Positions 20,182 through 30,483 of a stretch of DNA of 64,000 bases are shown here, piece after piece (positions within the stretch are counted from its first letter, which is position 1; every line of letters starts with the position of its first letter). This DNA is from Sedimentisphaerales bacterium (GTDB taxonomy: Bacteria; Planctomycetota; Phycisphaerae; Sedimentisphaerales; Anaerobacaceae). Made by a program: the position numbers and the translations under genes. The notes beneath the pieces are model-generated. The model was given only the letters and a program-made list of their open reading frames with translations. It made no database searches and was not told where the DNA came from. The DNA lies in assembly GCA_963708075.1 (NCBI GenBank), contig OY970194.1, positions 6,240,001-6,304,000 on the forward strand, read 5' to 3'.

Positions 20182-21378
20182 CTATGTCTGTACGCGGAGC
20201 GAGTGGTACTGTGCGATTACCTGCTGTCCGAAGTCACTGGCTGGGTCAATGCCTGATACTTGTCTAAGCGTCTCCTCCACGCCTGTCTGCCGGATCATGG
20301 TTTGCAGACGCACGGCATGGGGATCGTCGGGGCATTCATAGCACAGGGCGGCGGCGCAGATCGTGGCGATGTGGTCGGGCGCGACACCCTGGGACCGGCA
20401 TAGCTCTGCGGCCCCGATGATGCGATCATCCCGGCCGAGCTTTCGGATCGGGTCCCTGGCGACCCTCGTGATGGCGTCCTTCAGGAGCGGGTTGCCGAAA
20501 CGCACGCGGACGTCCTTGCGAATCACCATGTGCTCGCGCCGATCGAGATCGGCCGGGTAGCGCCGCAGCAGTGCCTCTGTTGTCTTATCGAGGGCCCCAT
20601 CGAAGACCGACCGCACGAAATCATCGTCGAATGTCTCGTGGATATAGGTATGGCCTCTCAGATACCCGAGATAGGCCAGGCCGGCATGAGCGACGTTGTG
20701 TGTGAAGATTTTGCGTTCCACCTCGGCCTTGAAATTGCTCACCGGATGGAAGCCCTGGACGGCGGGTCTGCCGGCACGAGTGGCTTTGCCGTCGTAAGGG
20801 ACATCGCGATGCGTGTCCGCGACAACCAGGAGCGGATCATCCTCCGGCGACCGCACCCCGGAACCACCCACGATTCCTGCGAAGCTCGTGCCCACGAAGC
20901 CGACATTGTCCTGTGCCCATGTCCTCGCGGGACCGTCAAGCAGGCTGATCACCTTTTGTGAGAGCATCGCCGCGGCGCCGAGCATGTTCTCGCAGAGGTA
21001 TACGTCGAGCGGTCCCGCCTTGCGTTCGAATCGGCAACGGATGCCCATCGCCAGCAACGGTGAAACGGCGTGCAGATTGACCATGCCCACAGCGGTGGCG
21101 ACAATCCGGGCATTTGCGATTGCCTCTGCGATCGCTGCTTCCTGGCTCGTGTGCAGAGTCTTGAAACCGCTGACGATCAGTTCGCGGACACTCCTGGAGT
21201 ACGGGTCCAGCAGGCGCAGCGGATAGCTGCCACGCCTGTTGAGCTGTTCCACGAGGAACGTGTTGGCGCGGATGAAGACGGTATCAAAACCGTTTTCTTG
21301 AAAGAGTTGGCCCATGAGCCCGCGGCCGATATTGCCCGCCCCAAATTGAACTGCCAAGTTGCCGTTATTGCTCTTCAT
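20182..21378 (-). CDS. Mannitol-1-phosphate 5-dehydrogenase family protein
   Basis: AVQFGAGNIGRG, TAVG, LCEN, ERKIFTHNVAH, RFGNPLLKDAITRVARDPIRKL. Confidence 0.85.
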   Translation of the reverse strand: MKSNNGNLAVQFGAGNIGRGLMGQLFQENGFDTVFIRANTFLVEQLNRRGSYPLRLLDPYSRSVRELIVSGFKTLHTSQEAAIAEAIANARIVATAVGMVNLHAVSPLLAMGIRCRFERKAGPLDVYLCENMLGAAAMLSQKVISLLDGPARTWAQDNVGFVGTSFAGIVGGSGVRSPEDDPLLVVADTHRDVPYDGKATRAGRPAVQGFHPVSNFKAEVERKIFTHNVAHAGLAYLGYLRGHTYIHETFDDDFVRSVFDGALDKTTEALLRRYPADLDRREHMVIRKDVRVRFGNPLLKDAITRVARDPIRKLGRDDRIIGAAELCRSQGVAPDHIATICAAALCYECPDDPHAVRLQTMIRQTGVEETLRQVSGIDPASDFGQQVIAQYHSLRVQT

Positions 21379-21472
21379 TGAAGGCGCGATTATATCACGG
21401 CCTGCTCATATCACCAGCCTCAGCCGCAATCCGTATGAGAGATGGTTGACGGAAGATGAACGGGCCGGGAGA

Positions 21473-21970
21473 ATGTCGCGGCAGATGCAGGATCAGAAGA
21501 AGAATGTCAGCATATACACGGATGGCGGCTGCCTGGGCAACCCCGGACCGGGGGGCTATGGCGTTGTGCTGCGCTATGGCGAGCATGAGAAACGCCTCAG
21601 CGGCGGGTTTCGGCAGACTACGAATAACCGTATGGAGATCATGGGGGCCATCGCGGGCCTGGAGGCCCTCAAGAGTCCCTGCTCGGTCACGTTGTACAGC
21701 GACTCCAAGTACCTGGTCGATGCGATGCGCCTCGGCTGGGTGCAGCGGTGGAAGGCGAACGGGTGGCGCCGGAACAAGAAGGACAAGGCCGTCAACGTGG
21801 ACCTGTGGGAGCGGCTATTGGAGGCATGCGAACGTCACGCCGTGTCCTTCGTCTGGATTGAGGGCCACGCCGGCCATCAGTGGAACGAAGTATGCGATGT
21901 CCTGTCGAAACAAGCCGCCGCCGGCCGGGACTTGCCAATCGACGAAGGCTACGAACATCTCCTGCCCTGA
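21473..21970 (+). CDS. rnhA: Ribonuclease HI
   Basis: IYTDGGCLGNPGPGG, TTNNRME, SDSKY, WIEGHAG..NE.CD. Confidence 0.95.
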   Translation: MSRQMQDQKKNVSIYTDGGCLGNPGPGGYGVVLRYGEHEKRLSGGFRQTTNNRMEIMGAIAGLEALKSPCSVTLYSDSKYLVDAMRLGWVQRWKANGWRRNKKDKAVNVDLWERLLEACERHAVSFVWIEGHAGHQWNEVCDVLSKQAAAGRDLPIDEGYEHLLP

Positions 21971-21977
21971 CGGCCTC

Positions 21978-22290
21978 GTACGTGTTTCGCGTGGGGCCTC
22001 CCATTCGCGGCGTTCATTGCCGACAGTCCAATCTCAAGGACTTGAGACGTTGCCAAACTCGTTGGGTTCGTCCCAAGTTGTTGAGTTTTGGGTGGCAGCG
22101 TCAAGCGCAGCTTGGCGATGGTCTTGCCCATTCGCCATCGCCAAGGCCTTCGGCCTTGACGATGCCACCCGACTGCGCAGCTTGCACAGGCTCGATCTCA
22201 AGGATTTGGGACGAAGCCAAACTCGTTTGACGATGCTGTCTCGATGGGCCGTGCCAGCCAAGATCATGCCTTCCTGGGCGAAACACGTAT
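21978..22290. mobile_element. MITE with GTACGTGTTT(C/A)GC termini containing nested elements
   Basis: GTACGTGTTTCGC / GCGAAACACGTA; flanks ACGGCCTC / ACTGTCTC (6/8 match); same termini as 55491-55645. Confidence 0.75.
22064..22218. mobile_element. MITE with GG(G/C)TTCGTCCCA termini and 9-bp TSD, with nested GGGTGGC palindrome 22090-22170
   Basis: AAACTCGTT at 22055-22063 and 22219-22227; related to 40944-41013 in the opposite orientation. Confidence 0.8.
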
Positions 22291-22433
22291 ACTGTCTCTG
22301 ATAGTCAGGGCATCCGCATCACCACTCGCCCTTGCGCAAATTCTTCTTCCTCCTCTCATTTTTTGTCGCAAGATAGCTCGTGGCGGCACTATATAACGAG
22401 AACGGTAATCTTGAGAGTATGGTGAGGTGTCGA

Positions 22434-22970
22434 ATGGAAAATGATGCTTACTATGTGGAGCGCTGCCTGGATGGCCACCCGGATGATTTCCGCCACCTTG
22501 TCCGGCGGTATCAGCCGGTCCTGCTGGCCCATCTGGCGGGCAAGCTGGGCAGCCGGGACAGTGCCGAAGAGGCCGCCCAGGAAACCCTCGTGCGAGCCTA
22601 CTTCAAAATGAGCAATCTGAAGAAGCCCGAGTCCTTCTTCGCCTGGCTGCTCGGGATCGCCGATCACGTGGCGATGGAGCAGCGACGAAAAGAGCTGATC
22701 CGCCGCAAGCGCGAGTCCGTCCGCGCATTCTGTGAAGAGGCGCCGACACCGGAACTCTCCCAGGATTACGCTCTCGAAGCGGCGGTGGCTGGCCTGCCCG
22801 AGGCGTATCGGACTGTGGTCCTGTTGCGGTATTACGGCGGACTATCGTGCAACGGGATCGCCGAACAGCTCGATATGCCTCTGGGCACGGTCACGAAGAC
22901 GCTATCACGGGCCTACACCTTGCTGCGTGAAAACCTGCAGCAGGGACAGACAGTAAACGAGGTGCAATGA
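22434..22970 (+). CDS. ECF RNA polymerase sigma factor
   Basis: FRHLVRRYQ..AEEAAQET..FFAWLLGIA; LRYYGGLS..IAEQLDMPLGTV. Confidence 0.92.
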   Translation: MENDAYYVERCLDGHPDDFRHLVRRYQPVLLAHLAGKLGSRDSAEEAAQETLVRAYFKMSNLKKPESFFAWLLGIADHVAMEQRRKELIRRKRESVRAFCEEAPTPELSQDYALEAAVAGLPEAYRTVVLLRYYGGLSCNGIAEQLDMPLGTVTKTLSRAYTLLRENLQQGQTVNEVQ

Positions 22971-24331
22971 TGAACTGCGCAGAATGCAAAGAACTGTTGG
23001 TGGTGCACCTGGAAGGATTGCTCGAAGAATCTCAGGAGCAGGCGGTCCTGGAGCACCTGGGCAAGTGTGAGATGTGCCGGGCGGAGTTGGCGGGGCTGCA
23101 GACCCTACAACAGCGTCTGGTCAACAACGGCAAGGCGCTGGCCCAAAGCGACCTTGAAGACAATGTCATGAACCGAATCATTCGCGAACAGAATGCCAGG
23201 CTCAAGGCGGCCGATCAGGCCTCGGCGGGCCTTCGCATCAGGAGATTGATTATGAAAAGTCCAATCACGAAGTTAGCCATAGCCGCGGCGGTCATCGTTG
23301 TCGCCGCTGTATCCCTTCAATTCCTCGGGGGCGGGCCCGCGGCCTACGCTCTCGAGCAGACAATCAACGCCAATCACAGCGTCCGTTACCTTCACATCAA
23401 GATCCCCAACGCGCAGCCTGAGAACGAGCCGAAAGAACTTTGGATCGCATGCGATGAGAACGGGCAGGTCCAGAGTGTCCGGTTCCAGTCGCCGGAATGG
23501 GCCAGCCCGGAGGACGGCGCCAAGTGGGTGGTGTGGAATCAAGGCATCGCCAAGATCTGGTTCAAACGCAAGAACAGCTTCCTGATCTGCCGGGATGAGA
23601 CGGTACAGAAGTGGATCCTGGATCTGGTGCGCAGCAGCGATCCCCGATACGCCGTCGAGCGTCTCAGCGAGCAGGAGAAGCAGGGCAAGCTGACGCTGGA
23701 TATCCAGCAGCCGAGCGATAAGAGCCAGCCGATCATTATCACGGCGACCTATGTCTCGGACGGCAAGTCGTCCGGCCGGCAAGCGGTCTTTCATGTAGAC
23801 CAGGCCACCAAGCTTGTCACCATCATCGAGTACTACCGCCAGGGGTCCGACGGCCAGTTGACCTTCACCGCCCGGCAGGAGAATTACGACTACAATGTCC
23901 CGATTGCCTCCGAGATGTTCGTCCTCGACGATGAGGTGCCTGCCGGTGCGACGCGCGTCGATCAAGTCAGCCAGGATGTGGGCTTGGCGCAGGGGACTAT
24001 GACGGACGAGCAGGCGGTCGTGGAGACTGTCCGGCAGTTCTTCGAGGCGCTGAAGGCCCGTGATTACGACAAAGCCGGCATGCTGTTGGGAGGGATGCCG
24101 GCCCCGAAGATGGAGGAGTTGTTTGGCGGCATGAAGATCGTAGGAATCGTGTCGATCGGCGAGCCGAAGCCGCAGCCGATTCCCGGTGTCGGCGGGTTTG
24201 TCGTCCCGTGCAAGGTTGAGGTGGAGAATGCCGATGGCAGCAAATCGACCAGGGAATTCCCCGCGGTTGCTGTCCGGCCGGTGGACCGGAACCTGCAGGC
24301 CGACCGGTGGAACATCCACGGCGGCATCTAA
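22967..24331 (+). CDS. Anti-sigma factor with zf-HC2 (H-x3-C-x2-C), TM helix and extracytoplasmic domain
   Basis: EHLGKCEMC; IMKSPITKLAIAAAVIVV; ATGA overlap with the sigma gene. Confidence 0.88.
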   Translation: MMNCAECKELLVVHLEGLLEESQEQAVLEHLGKCEMCRAELAGLQTLQQRLVNNGKALAQSDLEDNVMNRIIREQNARLKAADQASAGLRIRRLIMKSPITKLAIAAAVIVVAAVSLQFLGGGPAAYALEQTINANHSVRYLHIKIPNAQPENEPKELWIACDENGQVQSVRFQSPEWASPEDGAKWVVWNQGIAKIWFKRKNSFLICRDETVQKWILDLVRSSDPRYAVERLSEQEKQGKLTLDIQQPSDKSQPIIITATYVSDGKSSGRQAVFHVDQATKLVTIIEYYRQGSDGQLTFTARQENYDYNVPIASEMFVLDDEVPAGATRVDQVSQDVGLAQGTMTDEQAVVETVRQFFEALKARDYDKAGMLLGGMPAPKMEELFGGMKIVGIVSIGEPKPQPIPGVGGFVVPCKVEVENADGSKSTREFPAVAVRPVDRNLQADRWNIHGGI

Positions 24332-24500
24332 CCCAGCACGAATTCTTCACCAATCTGGAAACGAACAAAGGCCAGGCGAGCGGATGCCTGGCCTTTGCCA
24401 TGCGCCCCGTGTTTGACTGATTCTCGTGGGCCGATTTCATTTGCCATGCCGAGTCGCCGCGTCGCTGCCCGGCTGGTGTCGGGAAGAAACGGGGCGGTTT

Positions 24501-24579
24501 GGGTGCCATGCTTACGCTCGCGTAAGCATGCCTTGCCCATCGGGTGGAACATGTCTACGCAAGCGTAGACATGGCACCC
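24501..24579. repeat. GGGTGCCATG..CATGGCACCC palindrome doublet
   Basis: Near reverse complement of 63352-63430. Confidence 0.9.
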
Positions 24580-24899
24580 GCCAGTTGGTTTCTTAGGAGC
24601 GAAGCGCAGCGTAATCGAGACATCTGATACCGCAAACGGCGCATTATTCAATCTCAGCCAGATCCCTCGACCGCGCTCGAGACGGCGGATAAAGGCCTGC
24701 TTCGCTGCAAGGTGTAGTCGCACGCCGGGTGGCGGAGCCCGGTCTTTTTGCTGCGCGGGGAGGGTTGCCATGGGTAGAATGCAAAAAAATCGGTTTTTCC
24801 GTTAATGGGGGCGAAATGCAGCCCTCTATAGCCTCAGAGATCTCTGCGGCTGCAGCCGAGCCTTGATTCAAGGAATCGTGTTCGTAAGGAAAGCAACGA

Positions 24900-25397
24900 G
24901 TGTCTGATGCGCGGTTTGAAGAGCTGGTGAATGCTCACGGCCGGGACGTGCTGAACGTCGCCCTGCGGGTCCTCGGCGACCCGGAGACGGCAAAGGACGT
25001 CTACCAGGAGGTCTTTCTGGCCATCTGGCGGCGGTGGCACACCTACAATGGCGCAGTGAATTGGGGTCCGTATCTCTATCGCGTGACCGTCCGCAAGGCG
25101 CTGGAATTGGCCAGGGCACGTGGGCCGGTGGCCGAGGCCCCGGAGGGCTGTGAGCCTGAAAGCCCGGCCTCGGACCCCGATACGAGCCTGAGACTCCAGG
25201 ACCTTCAAACCAAGCTGACGGCGTCTTTGGCGAAGCTGCCGAAGCGACAGGCCAACGTGTTTGTCCTTTCGAGGATCGAAGGCCTGGACCATTCGGCGAT
25301 AGCGGAAACCCTGAGCTGCTCGCAGGACAGCGTTCGCGTGTTGTTGCACCGGGCGGTGAAGCAGTTGGCGCATGAGATGAGCGAGTACCTGAGATAA
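24900..25397 (+). CDS. ECF RNA polymerase sigma factor
   Basis: AKDVYQEVFL; LAKLPKRQANVFVLSRIEGL..IAETL..VRVLLHRA. Confidence 0.9.
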   Translation: MSDARFEELVNAHGRDVLNVALRVLGDPETAKDVYQEVFLAIWRRWHTYNGAVNWGPYLYRVTVRKALELARARGPVAEAPEGCEPESPASDPDTSLRLQDLQTKLTASLAKLPKRQANVFVLSRIEGLDHSAIAETLSCSQDSVRVLLHRAVKQLAHEMSEYLR

Positions 25398-25412
25398 CTA
25401 CGGCGGTGACTT

Positions 25413-27059
25413 ATGGCTAACCATGAGCATATGAAAGATCAACTCGTGAGCTTCGTGCTCGGTGAACTATCTGAGCAGCAGCGGTCGCAGGTGACCGCAC
25501 ACGTAGCCGAGTGCGGCGAATGTCGCGCGGAGCTGAAGCAGCTTGAGCAGTTGCTGCAATGTGCCGGGCGGCGAAAAGACCTCTCGGCGGACGAATCGCT
25601 GCTGGAGTCGGCCAGGAATGACCTTATGGCGGCGGCGAGCAGCGAACAATCAAGGATCATCGCTCGGCCGGACTTGGGCCGGGCTTTTGAATGGAGAAGA
25701 ATCATGGCAAGCCCAATCATGAAAATGGCCGTGGCGGCGGTTGTTGCCGTTGCGGCGGGACTCTTTGGCGTATCGAAACTCGGCGATCATAAGCTCCCCG
25801 TACGCTTGCGGCTTCTGGCGATAGCCGTTGCGAACGAGGAAAATCTCTTCAAAGGAACAGAGATCATCCACATCCAGAACGAGATCATCGTGGAGCCCGC
25901 TGGTGTTGCGCCGAGTCTCCCCTACGCCTGGCTGCCGATGATGTCGGTGAAACCCGATGGCAGCCTGCGGTTCAACCAACTGAAAATGAACCTTGCGCCG
26001 GAATCGTACGTCGTGACGGATCACTCCTGGTATGACCCGGTGACGGGCCGATTCACCAGGGTGATGAAAGCGGGGGACAGTGTGGTTTTCGCCAACTCCT
26101 ATGACGGCCGCTTCATCTACGATGCGAATGTGACGCCCGATGGTATAACCCAGGTCGGCAAGCAGGCTCTGGCCGCCGGTTTCAAGCCGCCGCAGAGCCC
26201 CACCGAGTACCTCGGGCTGGCCGCCGGCCTGAAAACCGATCTGGCGAAGGATAACTCCATGGTGCAGAAGGTGGAGGAAAGCACTCTCGCCGACGGCGAG
26301 CCGGCTCATGTCTTCACCGTGGGCATGCCCGATCCGAATGGGCAACTGCAAGGCTATTTCCTGTTCAAGGTTCGTGACAAAGATTCGACGATTGCCGAGA
26401 AAGAGTTCGTGCTCCTGGGACGGACGATGTTAGTCATCCGCCGGGTTCTGACCGAGCCGGTGGAGGCGCCGGGAGTCTCCTGGAATCTCGCGGAGATCGA
26501 AGGAACCGCTACGACGAGCGAGAAGGTATCGGTAACGCGGGACATGATCGTGCAGAACGTCTCGATCCAGCACATGGTGGACCGTGCCAAGTTCGAGACC
26601 TACGTCTTCTCGGTCAAGCCCGCGTGGACCGGCGCGATCGAGATCACCGATTGCATCGACCCTGCGAGCATGGGCGGGCGAATGTTCATCATGACCGCTC
26701 GCGCCGATGATGGCCGGCACCTGGTCCTGGTCCAGTCTCCGACGTACAACATGATGATGGGTCGGGTCGTCAAGGCCGGCCAGGTGGTCTATACCTCCGC
26801 GAACGGCTTCAAGGTCTGGGGCGGCGGGCCGCAGAAGTGGTTCTCACAGATTCTGCTCCAAAGCGCCCAGGCCAGCATCAAGGACCCGCCGTCCGAGGAT
26901 CGCATCGGCTATATCCTGGAGTCACCCGCAGGGACATTCCCCGCGTTGGCAATCAACGGTCCGGTCAGCGATGAGGAACTCCACACGCTGGTCGATAGCC
27001 TCATGCCTGCGAAGGACTACCTCAAGGCCGGCCAGGCGACGGATTCGAGCAAGAAGTAA
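25413..27059 (+). CDS. Anti-sigma factor with zf-HC2, TM helix and large extracytoplasmic domain
   Basis: AHVAECGEC; WRRIMASPIMKMAVAAVV. Confidence 0.88.
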   Translation: MANHEHMKDQLVSFVLGELSEQQRSQVTAHVAECGECRAELKQLEQLLQCAGRRKDLSADESLLESARNDLMAAASSEQSRIIARPDLGRAFEWRRIMASPIMKMAVAAVVAVAAGLFGVSKLGDHKLPVRLRLLAIAVANEENLFKGTEIIHIQNEIIVEPAGVAPSLPYAWLPMMSVKPDGSLRFNQLKMNLAPESYVVTDHSWYDPVTGRFTRVMKAGDSVVFANSYDGRFIYDANVTPDGITQVGKQALAAGFKPPQSPTEYLGLAAGLKTDLAKDNSMVQKVEESTLADGEPAHVFTVGMPDPNGQLQGYFLFKVRDKDSTIAEKEFVLLGRTMLVIRRVLTEPVEAPGVSWNLAEIEGTATTSEKVSVTRDMIVQNVSIQHMVDRAKFETYVFSVKPAWTGAIEITDCIDPASMGGRMFIMTARADDGRHLVLVQSPTYNMMMGRVVKAGQVVYTSANGFKVWGGGPQKWFSQILLQSAQASIKDPPSEDRIGYILESPAGTFPALAINGPVSDEELHTLVDSLMPAKDYLKAGQATDSSKK

Positions 27060-27119
27060 CTTCAGAAGCCATGCTCCGCGGCCCAAGTGGACAAGGCTAT
27101 ATTCGAGAAGGAGAAAATC

Positions 27120-27500
27120 ATGAGCGCTGAAAGAGCAAACAACGGCCGCTTCCTCGGGGCGCTTGGATTCCTCGGTTTCCTGGGTTCCCTGGCCTTCACG
27201 GGGACAAGCCATAGCGAGCTGACGCGGCTCGCCTGGGCGTCGCTCCTTTCCCTAATATCACTCGGAGTGTTCATCCCCTTTGATAAGGCCAGGGTGAAAG
27301 TCGCGATCGATCCCGGGAAGAAGAAGTATCTGGGCTTCCTGGGTTTCCTCGGCTTTCTCGGTTTCCTTGGCAATTCCAATCCCGACCTTGCCATCAACGC
27401 TGTGTTCGCAGTCGTGGCGGCAACGGCCGTTCAGTCATGCAAGCCGGCGGCTGGACAGGTTCCTGCTATTGATGCTCATGCAACGGGTCAATCGTTGTAG
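27120..27500 (+). CDS. Small membrane protein with GFL repeats (DUF3796-like)
   Basis: AAGGAG RBS; LGFLGFLG and YLGFLGFLGFLGFLG; stop TAG is supplied by the GTAG of the adjacent REP. Confidence 0.7.
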   Translation: MSAERANNGRFLGALGFLGFLGSLAFTGTSHSELTRLAWASLLSLISLGVFIPFDKARVKVAIDPGKKKYLGFLGFLGFLGFLGNSNPDLAINAVFAVVAATAVQSCKPAAGQVPAIDAHATGQSL

Positions 27501-27620
27501 GGTGGGGCTTGCCCCACCATGAACGCCTTATGATGGGTGGCAGCGGCAAGCTCCAAAGACTCCGCTTGCCGCCGCCACCCGTGTCTCTCGCCTTGACAGG
27601 GGTGACAAGCCCCACGCTAC
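27497..27620. repeat. GTAGGGTGGGG REP doublet containing a deleted derivative of the 20002-20170 element
   Basis: ttatgatgggtggcagcggcaagc..gccaccc..ccttgacaggggtg is shared with the reverse complement of 20003-20127. Confidence 0.75.
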
Positions 27621-27643
27621 ATGCTGCGAATCCGGAGGCTTTT

Positions 27644-28204
27644 ATGAAGACTATAATGATCGCATTTGGTGTTATACTTGTGGGAATAGCCGCGGTTATC
27701 ATCGGCTGCCGATCCCACGCGGCCTCGAAACAACCGGACGAAGTCGATCAGGCTATCGATCAGGCCATAGTCATGGGCGCTGATATCCCTCCTGCCAAGA
27801 GGGGCATCATCGGCCGGATGCTTCGCCTCAACGAGAAAGACCTTCTCCTGGGTCTGCGCACGTATGCCGACCTGTCCGGCGGGCGGTACCCGACCAGCCT
27901 CGAGACCGAGATCACGCTGAAGGAGATCGAGACGAACCGGCTCGGCTCGAATCTGGCGGACACCCCCAAGAGTCAGAAGGACCAGATGGTCATGGATATC
28001 TTCTTCGCCACTGCCTTCTACGACAAGCTCAAACGGGAGAAGCGTGCCGCGCAGTACCATGGTGACACCGTCAGCCGGCAGGATGCCGACAAAGTGCTCA
28101 TCTCCTGGACGGAACCGAAGCAGCGATATAGAGTCGTCTTCGGCGACCTCACGGCAAAGACCCTCTCCTCCGACCAGTTCGCACGCCTTGCGCAATCACC
28201 GTGA
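27644..28204 (+). CDS. Hypothetical lipoprotein
   Basis: GGAGG RBS; lipobox-like VIIGC; GLR..GRYP.SL..YHGDTV..DKVLISW..YRVVFGDL. Confidence 0.75.
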   Translation: MKTIMIAFGVILVGIAAVIIGCRSHAASKQPDEVDQAIDQAIVMGADIPPAKRGIIGRMLRLNEKDLLLGLRTYADLSGGRYPTSLETEITLKEIETNRLGSNLADTPKSQKDQMVMDIFFATAFYDKLKREKRAAQYHGDTVSRQDADKVLISWTEPKQRYRVVFGDLTAKTLSSDQFARLAQSP

Positions 28205-28241
28205 CCCGTAACCGGTCCTGCGACAGCCAATCCGTATCATT

Positions 28242-28329
28242 GGGTGGCAGCGGCAAGGCCGAAGGGCTTGTCGATGGCTCTATCGCACACGGATAACCAT
28301 CGGCAAGCTGGCGCTTGCCGCTGCCACCC
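28242..28329. repeat. GGGTGGCAGCGGCAAG..CTTGCCGCTGCCACCC palindrome
   Basis: Family also at 20027-20120, 22090-22170, 35442-35530 and around 55470-55688. Confidence 0.9.
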
Positions 28330-28456
28330 GGCACATTGCCTGGAAGTCTGCATAGATACTCCGCGCTGAATGCATCTGTTGTGATCGCAAGGCAGACCCC
28401 TTACAATCTCTGCATTCTGTGCCTCGGTCATTAAATTCTCTGGAAAGGGTCAGATC

Positions 28457-30442
28457 ATGCAGCCAGCGCGAAAGACAACCCTGCTGTCCATCATGATGTG
28501 CGCAATCACCTCGCCTGGATTGAGCCAGGAGTACGGCAAGCCCGACCGGGAGCAGCCCGGCGACGAGATGATCCAGCAGTATCTCAAGCAAGAGGCTGAG
28601 CGAATCCATGAGAAGTTCGCACAGGATATCGAGTCCCTGGAGAAATGGGAGAAGCTCCGTCCGACGTATAAGCAGGAATATCTTTACATGCTGGGCCTGT
28701 GGCCGATGCCGGAGAAGACGCCGCTTCAAGCGACCATCACCGGGACCCTGGAGGGCGACGGTTATGTCGTCGATATGGTGCACTACGAGAGCGTGCCGAG
28801 GCTGTATGTCACGGGCAATCTCTACCGGCCGTCGCGCGTGGAGGCGGGCCAGCGGCTGCCCGCGGTGGTCTATGTCTGCGGCCACACCTTCTGCGGGCGC
28901 AACGGCAACAAGACGGCCTACCAGGCCCACGGCATCTGGTTCGCACGCCACGGCTACATCTGCCTGGTCCTCGACACACTGCAGTTGGGCGAGATCGCGG
29001 CGATCCATCACGGCACGTATCGCGAGGGTCGCTGGTGGTGGCATTCGCGCGGCTACACGCCGGCGGGCGTCGAGTGCCTCAACGGCATCCGCGGCATCGA
29101 TTACCTGATCTCCCGGCCGGACGTGGACCCGCAGCGAATCGCCGTCACCGGCATCAGCGGCGGCGGGGCGGCGACGTTCTGGATTGCGGCCGCCGACGAG
29201 CGGGCCAAGGTCGCTGTGCCTGTCAGCGGCATGGCGGACCTGCCGTCCTACGTCTCCAACCGCGTCATCAACGGCCACTGCGATTGCATGTTCCTCTACA
29301 ATACGTTCCAATGGCCGTGGACCCGCATCGCGAGCCTCATCGCGCCTCGGCCGATGCTGTTCACCAACAGCGATCAGGACTCGATCTTCCCCATGGACGC
29401 GAATCAGCGGGTGATCAACAACCTCGAGCGTCTCTATAGTCTCTACGGGGCAGGCGACTTCGTGGATAGCTTCGTCAGCATCGGTGGCCACGCCTATCGC
29501 AAGGACATTCGTCAGGCCGCCTATCGCTTCATCAACATGCACCTGAAGAACGACCCGCGCGTCGTCGAGGACAGTGAAGTCAATCTCGCGACCGGGCCCG
29601 AGAACAATCGCACGTACCCCATCGCCGCGGAGAAACTCCGCGTCTTCCCCGAGGACTCGGACATCCCCAAGGATCAACTCAACACGACAATCGATCAGCA
29701 TTTCGTGCCGATGGCCAAAGTCGAGCCGCCGAGGCAGGGCGAGTACGAAAGCTGGCGAGCGTCGCTCCTGACCGAGCTTCGCCGGGTCGCATTCGGCTGT
29801 CTCCCCGCGCGAGCCTCACCTGCCCAGCCGGGGAACAGAGGGTTCATCTCCGAGCCGGGTATCGAGATGGGTTTGCTCAGGATACCCGAGGAGAAGCCGG
29901 AACGTGTCCTGCTACTCGTGAAGTATGACGAGTTGGCCAACCAAACGCTGAATCGCGCACGAGAACCGCACGATCAAATATACATATGTGAGCCTCGCGG
30001 CGTGCATCGGACTCGCTGGACGCAGAAGAATCCGCCGAACTATGTGGAGCGGTCGCACGCCCTGCTCGGACGGACCGTGGATACCGGGCGAGTCTGGGAT
30101 ATCATCGCGATGGCTCGCTACCTGCATGCCGAACACGCGGACATCCCCCTTTACGTCGGCGGGGAAGGACCCGGGGCAGTGCTAGCCGCTTATGCCGCCC
30201 TGTTGGAGCCGGACATTGCCGGCGTGATCGCGATCAATCCGCCTTCATCACACATGGACCCCAACGCGCCTCAATTCCTGAACGTGCTGCGGGTGTGCGA
30301 CATTCCGGATGCATTCGGCATGCTCGCGCCGCGGCCCTTGATTTTGCAGGGCTACAGCGGCGAGGCGTTGAAGAAAGTGACGCAGATCTACGCCTCCGCC
30401 GGCGCCGCGGAGAAACTCGTCGTCAAACCGGACGCAGAATAG
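28457..30442 (+). CDS. Secreted alpha/beta-hydrolase (acetyl xylan esterase-like)
   Basis: IDYLISRPDVDPQRIAVTGISGGG (G-x-S-x-G), GHCDC, LIAPRP. Confidence 0.88.
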   Translation: MQPARKTTLLSIMMCAITSPGLSQEYGKPDREQPGDEMIQQYLKQEAERIHEKFAQDIESLEKWEKLRPTYKQEYLYMLGLWPMPEKTPLQATITGTLEGDGYVVDMVHYESVPRLYVTGNLYRPSRVEAGQRLPAVVYVCGHTFCGRNGNKTAYQAHGIWFARHGYICLVLDTLQLGEIAAIHHGTYREGRWWWHSRGYTPAGVECLNGIRGIDYLISRPDVDPQRIAVTGISGGGAATFWIAAADERAKVAVPVSGMADLPSYVSNRVINGHCDCMFLYNTFQWPWTRIASLIAPRPMLFTNSDQDSIFPMDANQRVINNLERLYSLYGAGDFVDSFVSIGGHAYRKDIRQAAYRFINMHLKNDPRVVEDSEVNLATGPENNRTYPIAAEKLRVFPEDSDIPKDQLNTTIDQHFVPMAKVEPPRQGEYESWRASLLTELRRVAFGCLPARASPAQPGNRGFISEPGIEMGLLRIPEEKPERVLLLVKYDELANQTLNRAREPHDQIYICEPRGVHRTRWTQKNPPNYVERSHALLGRTVDTGRVWDIIAMARYLHAEHADIPLYVGGEGPGAVLAAYAALLEPDIAGVIAINPPSSHMDPNAPQFLNVLRVCDIPDAFGMLAPRPLILQGYSGEALKKVTQIYASAGAAEKLVVKPDAE

Positions 30443-30483
30443 GGGAGTGGGAACGCTGAGTCATTCGATCATATCGCTCTGCA

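Noticed and set aside
27520..27605. TATGAT and TTGACA at opposite ends, suggesting an IS110-type circle-junction promoter
   Set aside because: The fuller copy at 20002-20170 shows TTGACA is part of an ordinary TIR and TATGAT is internal.
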